This document shows, piece by piece, positions 29,796 through 39,587 of a stretch of DNA of 64,000 nt (its first letter is position 1; the number at the start of each line of letters is the position of its first letter). The position numbers were made by a program, and so were the translations under genes. Below the pieces are notes generated by a model, which did no database searches, was not told where the DNA came from, and saw only the letters and a list, made by a program, of their open reading frames with translations. The stretch is from a virus. Location of the stretch: positions 4,643-68,642 of the IMG/VR virus record IMGVR_UViG_2846363972_000001. One strand, given 5' to 3'.

Positions 29796-29969
29796 ATGAA
29801 AATAAACCATTTTTTAAACTTATTAACTTCTCAAGGAGTAAAAACCAAAGATGGCACTAAACACATAAAACTCTACTATAATGGCAAGCAATCGACTTTA
29901 CCCAGACACCCAAGTAAAGAGATTCCAAAGTGGTTGGTTGAAAAAATCAAAAAGCAGTTGGGATTATGA
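29796..29969 (+). CDS. hicA: HicA toxin (57 aa, below the ORF-track cutoff)
   Basis: MKINHFLNLLTSQGVKTKDGTKHIKLYYNGKQSTLPRHPSKEIPKWLVEKIKKQLGL; G.KH and PRHP motifs. Confidence 0.92.
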   Translation: MKINHFLNLLTSQGVKTKDGTKHIKLYYNGKQSTLPRHPSKEIPKWLVEKIKKQLGL

Positions 29970-30079
29970 CATTAGCAGCCCTCATTTTAAGTGAGAGCTG
30001 CTTAAATCTAAATTTATCAATATATTAAAATTAATTAAAATATAAATAATATAAAATTAGCTTTAATCTAGTTAAGGAA

Positions 30080-30562
30080 ATGGTTCAAATATCAGAAATG
30101 TATTCTCAAAATACAAGCTGTAAAACAGATATGTCTTACAGCGCATTAATACAAAAAGAAGCAAATTCATATGTAGTCACTTTTCGCGACTTACCAGAAG
30201 CATTAACCTGTGGAGATACGCTTGAAGAAGCACGTATTATGGCCGCAGATGCGTTACTTACTGCTTTAGAATTTTATTTTGAAGACCGTCGGCCAGTGCC
30301 TATGCCTTCGAAAATGCAGAAAGGTGAAGAATTGATTTCTTTACCTCCTAGTGTCACTGCAAAAGTACTTTTACTTAATGAAATGATTAAGCAAAATGTC
30401 TCCAATGCAGAGTTAGCCAGACGTTTACTTACACGTCCTCAGGATGTTCAAAGGCTTACTAATCTTCGTCATGCAACTAAAATTGATGCTATTAACGCTG
30501 CATTAAATCAACTAGGTAAACAACTACATATTAGTTTAAAACCCATTCATCATTCAGCATAA
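30080..30562 (+). CDS. hicB: HicB antitoxin (start may be 30131)
   Basis: YVVTFRDLPEALTCGDT.EEA, KVLLLNEM, SNAELARRL. Confidence 0.92.
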   Translation: MVQISEMYSQNTSCKTDMSYSALIQKEANSYVVTFRDLPEALTCGDTLEEARIMAADALLTALEFYFEDRRPVPMPSKMQKGEELISLPPSVTAKVLLLNEMIKQNVSNAELARRLLTRPQDVQRLTNLRHATKIDAINAALNQLGKQLHISLKPIHHSA

Positions 30563-30761
30563 TATTAATCAGGTAATATCATGCATAAAAACAAAAAAAG
30601 ACTGGTTTTAGCCAGTCTTTTATCTTGATATTACCACTCATCAGTACTTGATATTATTAAGAATTAAAATACTCTTAAGTCTTATCCGAATCATAGCAAA
30701 ACTGTAAATTATTTCCCCGCTTTTTTCAAGCAAAATCAGGCTTAAATTAATATATTTACAT

Positions 30762-31277
30762 TTATTTACTTAAAAGCTCTTCCATGTCGATTTCAAGCTT
30801 TGTTATACAGTCGTTGTATAACCTATTAACCTGTTTTCTAACTTTAGCCATCTTTCTAAATAATTGACCTTTACTCCAATTAAATCTATCTTGGATATCT
30901 ATTTGTCGCATCTTTCTTTGTTTATGCAAATTTTTAGGCAAAAAAAGGTGCTCCAATAATGCATCGCACTCAAGCATAGTTAATCCACTTGTATTACTAG
31001 TTATAAAATTAGTTAAATCTACAATGCCAGATAAATCATTTCCATAATGAGCATTTAATAAGCTCCATTCGACATCATTTAGAATTAATTTTGCCCGACT
31101 TAAAATTATAACGCTATTAGCATGATAATCATGCTGGCTTAATCCTGATTCACATCTATCTACCACACCTCTGGTTTTAATCCATTCCTCAATACGTGCT
31201 ATATTACTTTCACCTATTATTAGCGTGTTTATTATATGAAACACTTGACGCAGCATGTGATCTATTGATTCATACAT
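30762..31277 (-). CDS. Late antiterminator Q-like protein
   Basis: Last gene of the nin-like region; C-terminal HTH-like segment. Confidence 0.55.
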   Translation of the reverse strand: MYESIDHMLRQVFHIINTLIIGESNIARIEEWIKTRGVVDRCESGLSQHDYHANSVIILSRAKLILNDVEWSLLNAHYGNDLSGIVDLTNFITSNTSGLTMLECDALLEHLFLPKNLHKQRKMRQIDIQDRFNWSKGQLFRKMAKVRKQVNRLYNDCITKLEIDMEELLSK

Positions 31278-31287
31278 TATTCAGCTC

Positions 31288-31581
31288 CTAAGCTATTTGT
31301 ATCAAATGCTGGCTGTTTAGTAGCAGTTGCGTCCTCAGTACGCCCTCTGCGTGGTACAGGTGCGCGGTTTCTACATCCAGTATCGTTGTTCTTCTATCCG
31401 CCTCATCATGGCAGGCACTGCATGCGTATGCGCCTAATAGATCACTGGGTTTAATTCCGGTACCGCAACTACCTGCAAGCCTGTAATGAGCGAAAACCAC
31501 TGTTTCAGGATTGCCGTTACAAATACCGGGCATGCGTACCTGACATTGCTGCCCTCGTGCTGATCGGGTTATTTTGCTCAT
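31288..31581 (-). CDS. DUF1364 (YbcO-like) nuclease-domain protein
   Basis: SARGQQCQVRMPGICNGNPETVVFAH, AYACSACHD. Confidence 0.88.
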   Translation of the reverse strand: MSKITRSARGQQCQVRMPGICNGNPETVVFAHYRLAGSCGTGIKPSDLLGAYACSACHDEADRRTTILDVETAHLYHAEGVLRTQLLLNSQHLIQIA

Positions 31582-31583
31582 GA

Positions 31584-32183
31584 TTAATTCCCTAAAGATA
31601 AAAGCTGATCAATAGCCTGCTGTGCTTCATCTTTACTAGAGAAGCGGTTGCATAAAATCATGTTCCAGCAAACAGTGAAGCAGGCTTGATAGAAGGCGTT
31701 AAACTCGTCCTGATCCATCCTGGCAAAACTGATTGATTCAGGCTCTTTCACCACGCCAGCCGGTGTTACGCAAATATTAAAATATCCGGCTTCGATAGTT
31801 AGCCAGCGACGAAATGAATCAATGTCTTTGTCTATAACCGGTAGTTTTTCGGCACGCTTTTTAGCCAGTAAGTTAAGTGCTTCATCTGCGGCGGTAACAA
31901 TAATGCCTTTATTACCGGCGAACTTGTCCAGCCTCTTAGCTATCCACAGCACAACATCCCGTTCTTTAGGGCTGATAACTCCGCCTGCCGGTTGCCAGTA
32001 ATCAAAAGCAAAAGGCAGTAAGCCGCCAAAGAATAAACGGTGATGAGGCAGGCTCCGGTCTTTTTGTCTTGTTACTTGTATCTTTACCGCCTGGCCAACC
32101 TTAACTTTTTTGAGACTATCGGCATCAATTGCTGTAACTGGCCGCAAGCTGTTATCAACTGCCTTAACTGCTACTAATTCCAT
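31584..32183 (-). CDS. DUF1367-like protein
   Basis: HHRLFFGGLL, FRRWLTIEAGY, SISFARMDQDEF. Confidence 0.82.
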   Translation of the reverse strand: MELVAVKAVDNSLRPVTAIDADSLKKVKVGQAVKIQVTRQKDRSLPHHRLFFGGLLPFAFDYWQPAGGVISPKERDVVLWIAKRLDKFAGNKGIIVTAADEALNLLAKKRAEKLPVIDKDIDSFRRWLTIEAGYFNICVTPAGVVKEPESISFARMDQDEFNAFYQACFTVCWNMILCNRFSSKDEAQQAIDQLLSLGN

Positions 32184-32185
32184 GA

Positions 32186-32533
32186 TTAAAATTCCTCAAT
32201 GCTCCAGCCTCCGCCGTTCTTCTTGGCCTGGCGTTTCACCGCAATAAATTTAAGCGGGTACATATCAGCAGCTACTTTGATTTTTACCCTTGCATCATCC
32301 TGCCAGAAGCCTTTTACTTCGTGCATTTCCATAGTGCCGTCACTGCGCATAACGCAATAATCCGGCGTGTAAAAGGTGTTATCTGCCAGCCTGAGTTTTA
32401 CGCCTTCAAACCGGTACCAGCTTATTGATCCGTCCTGCATGGCTGGTTTTAATACTTCCAACTCATATGCCTGCTCTGTTTTGTTTTTTTGTCCGGTTTT
32501 TAATCTTCCCAGTGCGTAAAAATTTTTTGACAT
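32186..32533 (-). CDS. DUF1064-like PD-(D/E)XK endonuclease
   Basis: NKTEQAY, FYTPDY, HEVKGFW.DDARVKIK. Confidence 0.8.
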   Translation of the reverse strand: MSKNFYALGRLKTGQKNKTEQAYELEVLKPAMQDGSISWYRFEGVKLRLADNTFYTPDYCVMRSDGTMEMHEVKGFWQDDARVKIKVAADMYPLKFIAVKRQAKKNGGGWSIEEF

Positions 32534-32828
32534 CTTTTCTCCAGTATTTGTTTTTCCAGTTTCGTAAGCTACGCAGCTTTGCTTTAATTAATTTCGGGCT
32601 TATATCGATTTCCGCGAGGGCACAGACATTTTGAAAACTCTTACTTCTGAAATAGCCCATTTCCCGCTTAACCGCCCTATCCATATTTCTGGATCTGCCT
32701 ACAGCTTCAGTAGCGTCCTGCAATGCCTGAATAATGACCATTCCCCATAAGGCTCTGCATGCGTGATATTGTTCATAAGGGGATTCAACATAATCATCCG
32801 GCTGCTTATCCATGCTGACTCCTGACAT
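32463..32828 (-). CDS. Hypothetical phage protein
   Basis: ORF with plausible overlap in the nin-like operon. Confidence 0.5.
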   Translation of the reverse strand: MSGVSMDKQPDDYVESPYEQYHACRALWGMVIIQALQDATEAVGRSRNMDRAVKREMGYFRSKSFQNVCALAEIDISPKLIKAKLRSLRNWKNKYWRKDVKKFLRTGKIKNRTKKQNRAGI

Positions 32829-33096
32829 ACTTACTCGGCTTATTATTTCGGGCTTCCCACTCTTCGCGCTTTATTCTCAGATCTTCGGCTATAGGCTCAA
32901 ATTTGTTGTTTGCACATTCTATGCGACCGGGGAAATAACGCCATTTTTCATCATGGGCACAATAGCCATATCCGCGCGCTGCCATTTCGTGGGGGACATA
33001 TTCGCCTTTATTATTTTTTTCTCTCAGTATCCAGTGACGGCAAGCTATACAGGTATTTTCAGACACGATGTAATCTCCTGTTAATTCAGCGCGCAT
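32806..33096 (-). CDS. Hypothetical Cys-containing phage protein
   Basis: CIACRHW...GYCA...C pattern; operon position. Confidence 0.55.
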   Translation of the reverse strand: MRAELTGDYIVSENTCIACRHWILREKNNKGEYVPHEMAARGYGYCAHDEKWRYFPGRIECANNKFEPIAEDLRIKREEWEARNNKPSKYVRSQHG

Positions 33097-33599
33097 TTTT
33101 GCGTTATTAAATTAAGCAGATTTCCTAACCGGGCTTTGCCCTCTTCTTTTTGTTTATCGGTTAGAAGATTTCCGGCTTCAATATTCATGCGCTCTTCGCC
33201 TGCCGGCAGTAAAGCCAAGGCATAATCGTTTGTAATTTTTCCAGTTGCCACTGCTTCTGTGACCAGTTGCGCTAACTGTTCTTTATCAAGCCCTGCGCTA
33301 ACGTACCAGTCTGGCTGTATACCTTTTGCCTTCTTCTCGCTAACGATGCGCTCATATGCAGTTTTAAACGCAAGCCCTGCACGGTATTTGTCTCCTGCGT
33401 TGAATAATGCTGATGCACTTTCTGCTGCATGCATAGCTGTGTGAATTGTAAGGAATGAATTAATGACATATCCTTTCTATCGTAAATCGTAGATACGCAC
33501 ACCCAGTCTCAGGCAATTAAATTTGCGCAAGGCTTCTAAGGGCGTTAAAGCGTTACCTGCCTGTAGGTATTTCAGAATTTGTTCTGATTGGGAATTTAT
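33081..33599 (-). pseudogene. Fusion remnant: winged-HTH gene start joined to the C-terminus of a replication-region gene
   Basis: ATA in place of start; SQSEQILKYLQAGNALTPLEALRKFNCLRLGVRIYDLR*KGY with TAG at 33477-33479, in frame with 33081-33434. Confidence 0.7.
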
Positions 33600-33718
33600 T
33601 ACTAACCCTCTTAAATTACCTAAACTCGTGCTTGGTTTTAATTACAGTCATAACTAACCACATTCTTTTAGTGCCGAAAAAATAAACACTATTAATTAAA
33701 AAGTTATTAATAAAACTT

Positions 33719-33904
33719 TTAATTTTTACTTATAAAAGTATTTAAATATTCTTCTTTTCGCAGTGTCTTTAAATAATTTAGTTGAGCTTTTGGAATACCT
33801 CATTTTTCCCATTGCGAAACAGCACCGCGTGTTATACCGCATAATTTTGCTACAGCCGTATCGCTACCTAATATCTCTATGAATCTATTATCCTTTTCAT
33901 ACAT
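33719..33904 (-). pseudogene. Cro-like repressor with in-frame TGA at codon 35 (33800-33802)
   Basis: MYEKDNRFIEILGSDTAVAKLCGITRGAVSQWEK*GIPKAQLNYLKTLRKEEYLNTFISKN; divergent from cI. Confidence 0.88.
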
Positions 33905-33917
33905 TTTGTTAGCTTTC

Positions 33918-33990
33918 TATTCTTAAACTATAAAAAGTATAGTTTACTAAACAGTGTAAAGTAAACTATACTTTTTATAGTTTAAGAATA
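33918..33990. promoter_or_regulatory. cro/cI operator region: perfect 31-bp inverted repeat
   Basis: Arms 33918-33948 and 33960-33990; each arm holds AAACTATA-N5-TATAGTTT. Confidence 0.85.
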
Positions 33991-34017
33991 CTAAACAAAT
34001 GAAAGGACATTTATACT

Positions 34018-34740
34018 ATGACAAATAAGCTAAAAGAACGTCTTCATGAATTAATGCGGGAGTATGGATTAAAAACCCAAACACAGCTTGCAGATTTTGC
34101 TAAGGTTAGTAAAGGATTAGTTCATCAGTGGTTTAATGGTGATACAGGTCTTGGGAAAAAGCCGTTACTAGAATTAGAGAAGAAAACACGATTTTCAGCA
34201 CAATGGCTAGCAAATGGAACAGGAAATAAATATAAAGATTATGCTACTAATTTATCTGATTCATATAAAATGTATAGCCCATTGGAAGCAGCCGATAGTA
34301 ATTCCACAACCCTGAAATTATATGATATGAGTGCTTCTTGCGGTCAAGGAATCATAATTCCTGAATTTCCAGAACTCCTTAGAACTATTGAAATTCCTAA
34401 TGATGCTCTTTTAGAGTTACTAGGAACGACTAATTTACAAGGAGTACAACTAATGCCTCCTGATGGCGATTCAATGGAGCCAACAATACCAAGGCGATCT
34501 ATTACATTAATTAAAACAGATATAGATAAATTTCAAGATAGTGGTGTTTATTTAATTACATTTGATGGATATACATACATCAAAAGATTAGCAAGAGGGA
34601 AATCAGGTGTAATTAAAGTAATATCTGATAATAAATTATATTCAGATACAGATTTTGACATTAAACCTAATGAAATAGACCAGTTAGTTATCCATGGTAA
34701 GTTTTGGAAAGCTTTGCCCTTGGATTTTCTAGATATATAA
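34018..34740 (+). CDS. CI-like repressor (HTH + S24 peptidase)
   Basis: HTH VSKGLVHQW; DGDSMEP; YIKRL. Confidence 0.93.
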   Translation: MTNKLKERLHELMREYGLKTQTQLADFAKVSKGLVHQWFNGDTGLGKKPLLELEKKTRFSAQWLANGTGNKYKDYATNLSDSYKMYSPLEAADSNSTTLKLYDMSASCGQGIIIPEFPELLRTIEIPNDALLELLGTTNLQGVQLMPPDGDSMEPTIPRRSITLIKTDIDKFQDSGVYLITFDGYTYIKRLARGKSGVIKVISDNKLYSDTDFDIKPNEIDQLVIHGKFWKALPLDFLDI

Positions 34741-34802
34741 ATTTTAAAATGAATAATGAATATTGCATAAAAGCCGCTTTTAGCGGCTTTATATATTTAA
34801 TT

Positions 34803-35549
34803 TTAAATACTTTGAACTACAGACCACCAAAAGGCTACACCGATGATCTCTATTTTATCAATTTTTACTAGCTCATCAGCATATGCTTTATCTTCTTGAT
34901 TGTAACAACTAATTTTTAAGACATCGCTTGCGATTCTATATAATTTTCTGATTCTAACAAGGCTGCCCTGTTTAATCGCATAAATCCTTCCATCCTTAAT
35001 AATTTTACTTGATGTATCTATAGCTACAATAGAGCCATCTTTTAAAACAGGCTCCATACTGCTGCCGGCAACTGTTATGCAAACTACGTTCTCTTTTTGG
35101 ACGCCAAATTTTTTTAATAATTCTTTGGAACATGGCAATTTGAAATCAGATTGATTAAATTGATAACGGTAAATACCTGTTTTTGCGTCAAGTGCATAAG
35201 TGTCATGATACAAAGGTATCAGTACATAATGCCCAGAAAAGAGGGAATTTTCATCATACAAAAAGAAATCACCATATAATTCGATATTTGATTGATTATT
35301 AATTCCGTCGTTTGGATTATCGATAATTAATTCATTCCCAACTCCTGATACTAACCAATCTGGATTGATTTTTAATTTTTTCTGAATCAGCAGCAATCCT
35401 TGTTTTGAGATTCCTCTTTTTTCCCAGTTTACAATTGATTGCTGAACGACACCAAGAACATGAGCTAATTCACTTTGCTTGTGTATATTGTTATTTTTCG
35501 CCACGACTTTATACAATCTTGCTGCTGTTTCATGCATTTTCTTATTCAT
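34803..35549 (-). CDS. Second CI-like HTH + S24 protein, convergent with cI
   Basis: QSELAHVLGVVQQSIVNWEKRGISK; VAGSSMEP; GVAFWWS. Confidence 0.88.
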   Translation of the reverse strand: MNKKMHETAARLYKVVAKNNNIHKQSELAHVLGVVQQSIVNWEKRGISKQGLLLIQKKLKINPDWLVSGVGNELIIDNPNDGINNQSNIELYGDFFLYDENSLFSGHYVLIPLYHDTYALDAKTGIYRYQFNQSDFKLPCSKELLKKFGVQKENVVCITVAGSSMEPVLKDGSIVAIDTSSKIIKDGRIYAIKQGSLVRIRKLYRIASDVLKISCYNQEDKAYADELVKIDKIEIIGVAFWWSVVQSI

Positions 35550-36360
35550 GTAGCTCTGTCAATAAATTAATTTAATATCTAATTGTTACATATTTTTTAC
35601 ATATTACTACCATTTTTATTTTTAAATTTAGTTTTCTAAACTTTTTATTGTTTAAAATCAGAATATAACGTCAATAATAGATAATTTGTTTATTTTTCTA
35701 TACTCCAACCATTAAAACGATTTAATCAACTCAGTTGATTATTTTTATTCATAGCATTATCCGCATCGGCTCAAGGCAGCGGAATATAAAAGCCTGAGGC
35801 AAGTAGGAGCTTGCTGGCAAGCCGTTAAGCCTTCGCGGGCGGCCGAAACAAAATTGGTAAGTTCATGTAGGACTTACAAACAGAAAAGTCTAAAAATCCA
35901 AAGAACTTTATGAAAGGAGAACGACTTTAAATATTAATTTTTGATAGATTCATGAAACAACAAAAGTTAAATTAATATTAAATTTTCAAAGAAAGGAAAC
36001 GTAATGAAAACTTACTATTTTTATAAATTATAAATTTAAATTCTTTTTCATACTTTAAGTTGATATACGGGCGAGCTAGTGAGTATGCCTGTTGGGAACA
36101 TCGCCCGACCAGATTGCTAGTGCTGCAAGTTTCTAATTGACATTATGTTTTAATTTTTCCTAAAGAGGTGAACAAGATAACGCCTGATATAGAGGGATAT
36201 TACAACGTCAGTAATTTAAGAAATGCGCGAACTATTATCAGAAAAGACTGGGAAGAGTTTGGCAGCTTAAATCAATCAGCATAACCAAAGATAAACAGAA
36301 ATAATTTCTATATCTTTTTATCATTTTATTAATTCAGTTAATAAGTCCGGGGTATTAATC

Positions 36361-36732
36361 ATGAGTAAATTTTCTAGTTATTATGATGATTTGGCTAATT
36401 TGATATCTAATGCTGATATTGTGGGAGTTGTAAATAGTTACGCAACGCCAATTGATGAGCAGTTTAAGCATATTAGCGAAGAGGACTTAGCGGATATTAT
36501 ATCGTGCTGCATTAACGTATCGGATAATTCCAACACGATACTAGAAGCATTAAGTATGCTACATATGGGATATGCTAATAAAGATGTGATTGCTTATTTA
36601 AAGCTTGAGGATTTTTTGGAGTTTGCAAGTAATATCACATCATTAATAGGCGGTGTTAATAATTGCTTAACACATATTATGTCTTCGGCGTGCCGTCTGC
36701 AGAATGAAAGACAAGCCTCTGTATCTAATTAA
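36361..36732 (+). CDS. Hypothetical early protein
   Basis: 123-aa ORF followed by a terminator hairpin. Confidence 0.55.
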   Translation: MSKFSSYYDDLANLISNADIVGVVNSYATPIDEQFKHISEEDLADIISCCINVSDNSNTILEALSMLHMGYANKDVIAYLKLEDFLEFASNITSLIGGVNNCLTHIMSSACRLQNERQASVSN

Positions 36733-36920
36733 TAGATCTATGAATCAATCGAAATTTTAACAATTCAACTATGAGGTGAATAAAGCCAGCTAACCGCTGG
36801 CTTTTTAATTCTAACGAAAAGGAAGAAAACATGTAAATTAGATACCTAGGTTTAAAGTCTATTATTTAACCTTCATCGGGTGCTGTGTTAACATTTCATT
36901 ACCCAGCAAAGGAATAAATA

Positions 36921-37757
36921 ATGGACTTTAAAAATTTATATGCACTTTTAAATATAAAGCCGACAGCATCACAATCAGACATTGCCAAGGCAATGAGGCA
37001 CGCTGCGCAGCAACAGACAATCACTTTAGATGATTTAAAGCTGTGTAAACAATATCTTTTAAATGAAGAGGAACGAAATAAATACGACGAACGTTTATTT
37101 GCCGCATACCCGGAACTTTTAGCCCCTCCGCCTGAACCGAAACCCGAAAAAGCAGAAGAAGTTAAGCCATTAGAACCAGCAAAGACAAAGCAGGGCAATA
37201 AAAAGCTGTATCTGATTTTGGTTGTTGTAGCCGCTGCAATTGTGCTGATTGGTACTGTGGCTTATTTCAAACATTTTAAACCCATCGCAGAAGCAAAAGA
37301 GGCGGTTAGAGATTTATTGAAAGATCCTGATTCAGCCAAGTTTTATGATGTTAAAAAGGTTGTAAATACCCACAACAAAGAGATATATGTTTGCGGTGAA
37401 ATGAATGCGAGAGCTCTTGCTGGAGGTTATGCTGGTAAAGAAAAATTTGTATATGAATTAAAATCTAAAAAAGCCACTGTAATCCCAGATAAAAGACCAG
37501 ATAGTATAATTGTTGAATATTATTATAGTACTTTATATAGAGTAGGCTGTTTAAATACTGATCCTGCAGAATTACTTAAGGCGATGGAAACTACAGGCGA
37601 TTATGCAGGAAAGGTTTTATCTCTTATTGACAAAAGAAAAGTTTCTGAAAATAGTTTTGAAAGAGAAGAGCTAGCTAAATCTATAGCTAACTTATCCGCG
37701 AAGACAAAGGCAGAAGAGCAAAAGCTAACAATTTATACAAATAGTGATGACGATTGA
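36921..37757 (+). CDS. J-domain-like (no HPD) + Pro linker + TM + exported domain, paralogue A
   Basis: NLYALLNIKPTAS..DIAKAMR...LLNEEERNKYD; DPDSAKF..VCGEMNA..GGYAG. Confidence 0.75.
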   Translation: MDFKNLYALLNIKPTASQSDIAKAMRHAAQQQTITLDDLKLCKQYLLNEEERNKYDERLFAAYPELLAPPPEPKPEKAEEVKPLEPAKTKQGNKKLYLILVVVAAAIVLIGTVAYFKHFKPIAEAKEAVRDLLKDPDSAKFYDVKKVVNTHNKEIYVCGEMNARALAGGYAGKEKFVYELKSKKATVIPDKRPDSIIVEYYYSTLYRVGCLNTDPAELLKAMETTGDYAGKVLSLIDKRKVSENSFEREELAKSIANLSAKTKAEEQKLTIYTNSDDD

Positions 37758-37840
37758 TTCAGTTATCACAGCATATGAATAAGTAACAAAGTAAGCAACA
37801 CAAGCCAGCTAATAGCTGGCTTTTTTAATAGGTTAAAAAA

Positions 37841-38179
37841 ATGAATAGGGTTATTAATAGTTGGAATGAAAATACAACAAACCCAGAACCTGTCGGATAC
37901 CATGATTTGATAGCGTATGAGGAAGCCTCGCAAAGAGTAAGTGACGCAGCCAAAGAAAAGAAACAAGAAATACTGGAAAAGCTTGGAGACGATGAACTGG
38001 TATATATCGCTGGAGAAGCTACAAAATATTCTGATGAAGCGGACAGACTTATAAATGGAATAGTTAAGGCACTTGTATTGGGCTGCCATAAAGATATGAC
38101 AGTAAGACAACTATTAAGCCATCTATCATTAGAAGCAAGAAAAATCCTAACTGATTATATTTTAAAGCATGCTAATTAA
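37841..38179 (+). CDS. Hypothetical phage protein
   Basis: 112-aa ORF flanked by hairpins. Confidence 0.55.
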   Translation: MNRVINSWNENTTNPEPVGYHDLIAYEEASQRVSDAAKEKKQEILEKLGDDELVYIAGEATKYSDEADRLINGIVKALVLGCHKDMTVRQLLSHLSLEARKILTDYILKHAN

Positions 38180-38222
38180 ATCAAAAGCCAGCCAAAATGC
38201 TGGCTTTAATTTCAAGCCTAAG

Positions 38223-38268
38223 CTAATCAATCCAAGCACATTTAAACAAGTGTGCTTGGATTGATTAG
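38223..38268. repeat. Perfect 18-bp stem; degenerate copy at 44066-44111
   Basis: ctaatcaatccaagcaca / tgtgcttggattgattag. Confidence 0.75.
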
Positions 38269-38341
38269 TAGACATATTTAACATTATTTAACATTTTCTG
38301 TGTGCTGTGTTAACATTTTGAAATGTATCAAGGGGAACATA

Positions 38342-39166
38342 ATGGACATTAAAAATTTATATGCACTTTTAAATATAAAGCCGACAGCATCACGCTCAGA
38401 CATTGCCAAGGCAATGAAGCAAGCAGCGCAGCAACAGACAATTACTTTAGAGGATTTAAAACTATGCAAACTAAATCTTTTAGATGTAGAGGCGCGCAAA
38501 CAATACAATGCTCGTTTATTTGCAGAATATCCAGAACTTTTAACCCCTCCGCCTGAGCCTGAATCAGTAGAAAAAGCAAAACCACAGCCACCAGCAAAGA
38601 CAAAACAGGGTAATAAAAAACTGTATCTGATTTTGGTTGTTGTAATTGCACTGATTACCGGTACAGCAGTTTACTTCATGCACTCTAAACTCATCGCGGA
38701 AGCAAAAGAGGCGGTTAGAAATACATTGAAAAATCTTGATTCAGCTGAGTTTTATCATGTTGAAATGTCTGTAAATACCCACTACAAAGAACATCTATAT
38801 GTTTGCGGTGAAGTGGAAGGGAAAACTCTTGATGGTGGTTATACCGGTATAAAAAAATTTGTATATAGATTAAAATCTAAAAAAGCCATTGTAATTTCAA
38901 ATAAAAGATCAAATGATATAATGCTTGAATATGCTGATAGTTTTACATATAGAGTAGGCTGTTTAAATGCTGATCCTGCCGAGTTGATTAAGGTAGTGAA
39001 AACTACAGACACTTATTTAGAAGAGCTTAGATCACTTACTTGGGGACCTGCTCCTAAAAATAATTTTGAAAGAGAAGAGCTAACTAGATCTATAAATAAC
39101 GTAATCGCGAAAATAAAGGCAGATCGGAAAAAGATAACAATTTATGCAGATAGTGATGACGATTGA
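38342..39166 (+). CDS. J-domain-like + TM + exported domain, paralogue B
   Basis: Near-identical N-terminus and 3' flank to paralogue A; both end (N/D)SDDD. Confidence 0.75.
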   Translation: MDIKNLYALLNIKPTASRSDIAKAMKQAAQQQTITLEDLKLCKLNLLDVEARKQYNARLFAEYPELLTPPPEPESVEKAKPQPPAKTKQGNKKLYLILVVVIALITGTAVYFMHSKLIAEAKEAVRNTLKNLDSAEFYHVEMSVNTHYKEHLYVCGEVEGKTLDGGYTGIKKFVYRLKSKKAIVISNKRSNDIMLEYADSFTYRVGCLNADPAELIKVVKTTDTYLEELRSLTWGPAPKNNFEREELTRSINNVIAKIKADRKKITIYADSDDD

Positions 39167-39306
39167 TTTAGTTATCACAACATATGAATAAGTAATAAAG
39201 TAAGCAACATAAGCCAGCTAAATAGCTGGCTTTTTTATTAGCTATAGAGGTGATATTCCAACACGATAAATTAACCCATGTAACAGCAACAACGAGGGAA
39301 TTGTAC

Positions 39307-39536
39307 ATGATTAAAAATTCTATAACTGCATTTATTGCAGTTTTTTAATGTCTGCTGCTCTTTCAGTGTCCCCTGCTTTGTCTGATAAGGAGCAATTAGA
39401 GATGCAGCGCAGTTATACGGCTAGGCAAATGCAGCAGAAAGAATACCAGGCAGATCTGGAAGTAAAACGGTTAGCGGATACATATGCGCGCATGAGTGAT
39501 AGCGAACGCATGAAAGGTGATGCAGAGCTTAAATGA
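39307..39536 (+). pseudogene. Small secreted protein, frameshift in T6 run at 39341-39346
   Basis: One added T gives MIKNSITAFIAVFLMSAALSVSPALS signal peptide. Confidence 0.55.
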
Positions 39537-39587
39537 TTTTAGGTGATGATTGTTGACATTCCCGCCCAGCTAAATAGCTGGTTTTTT

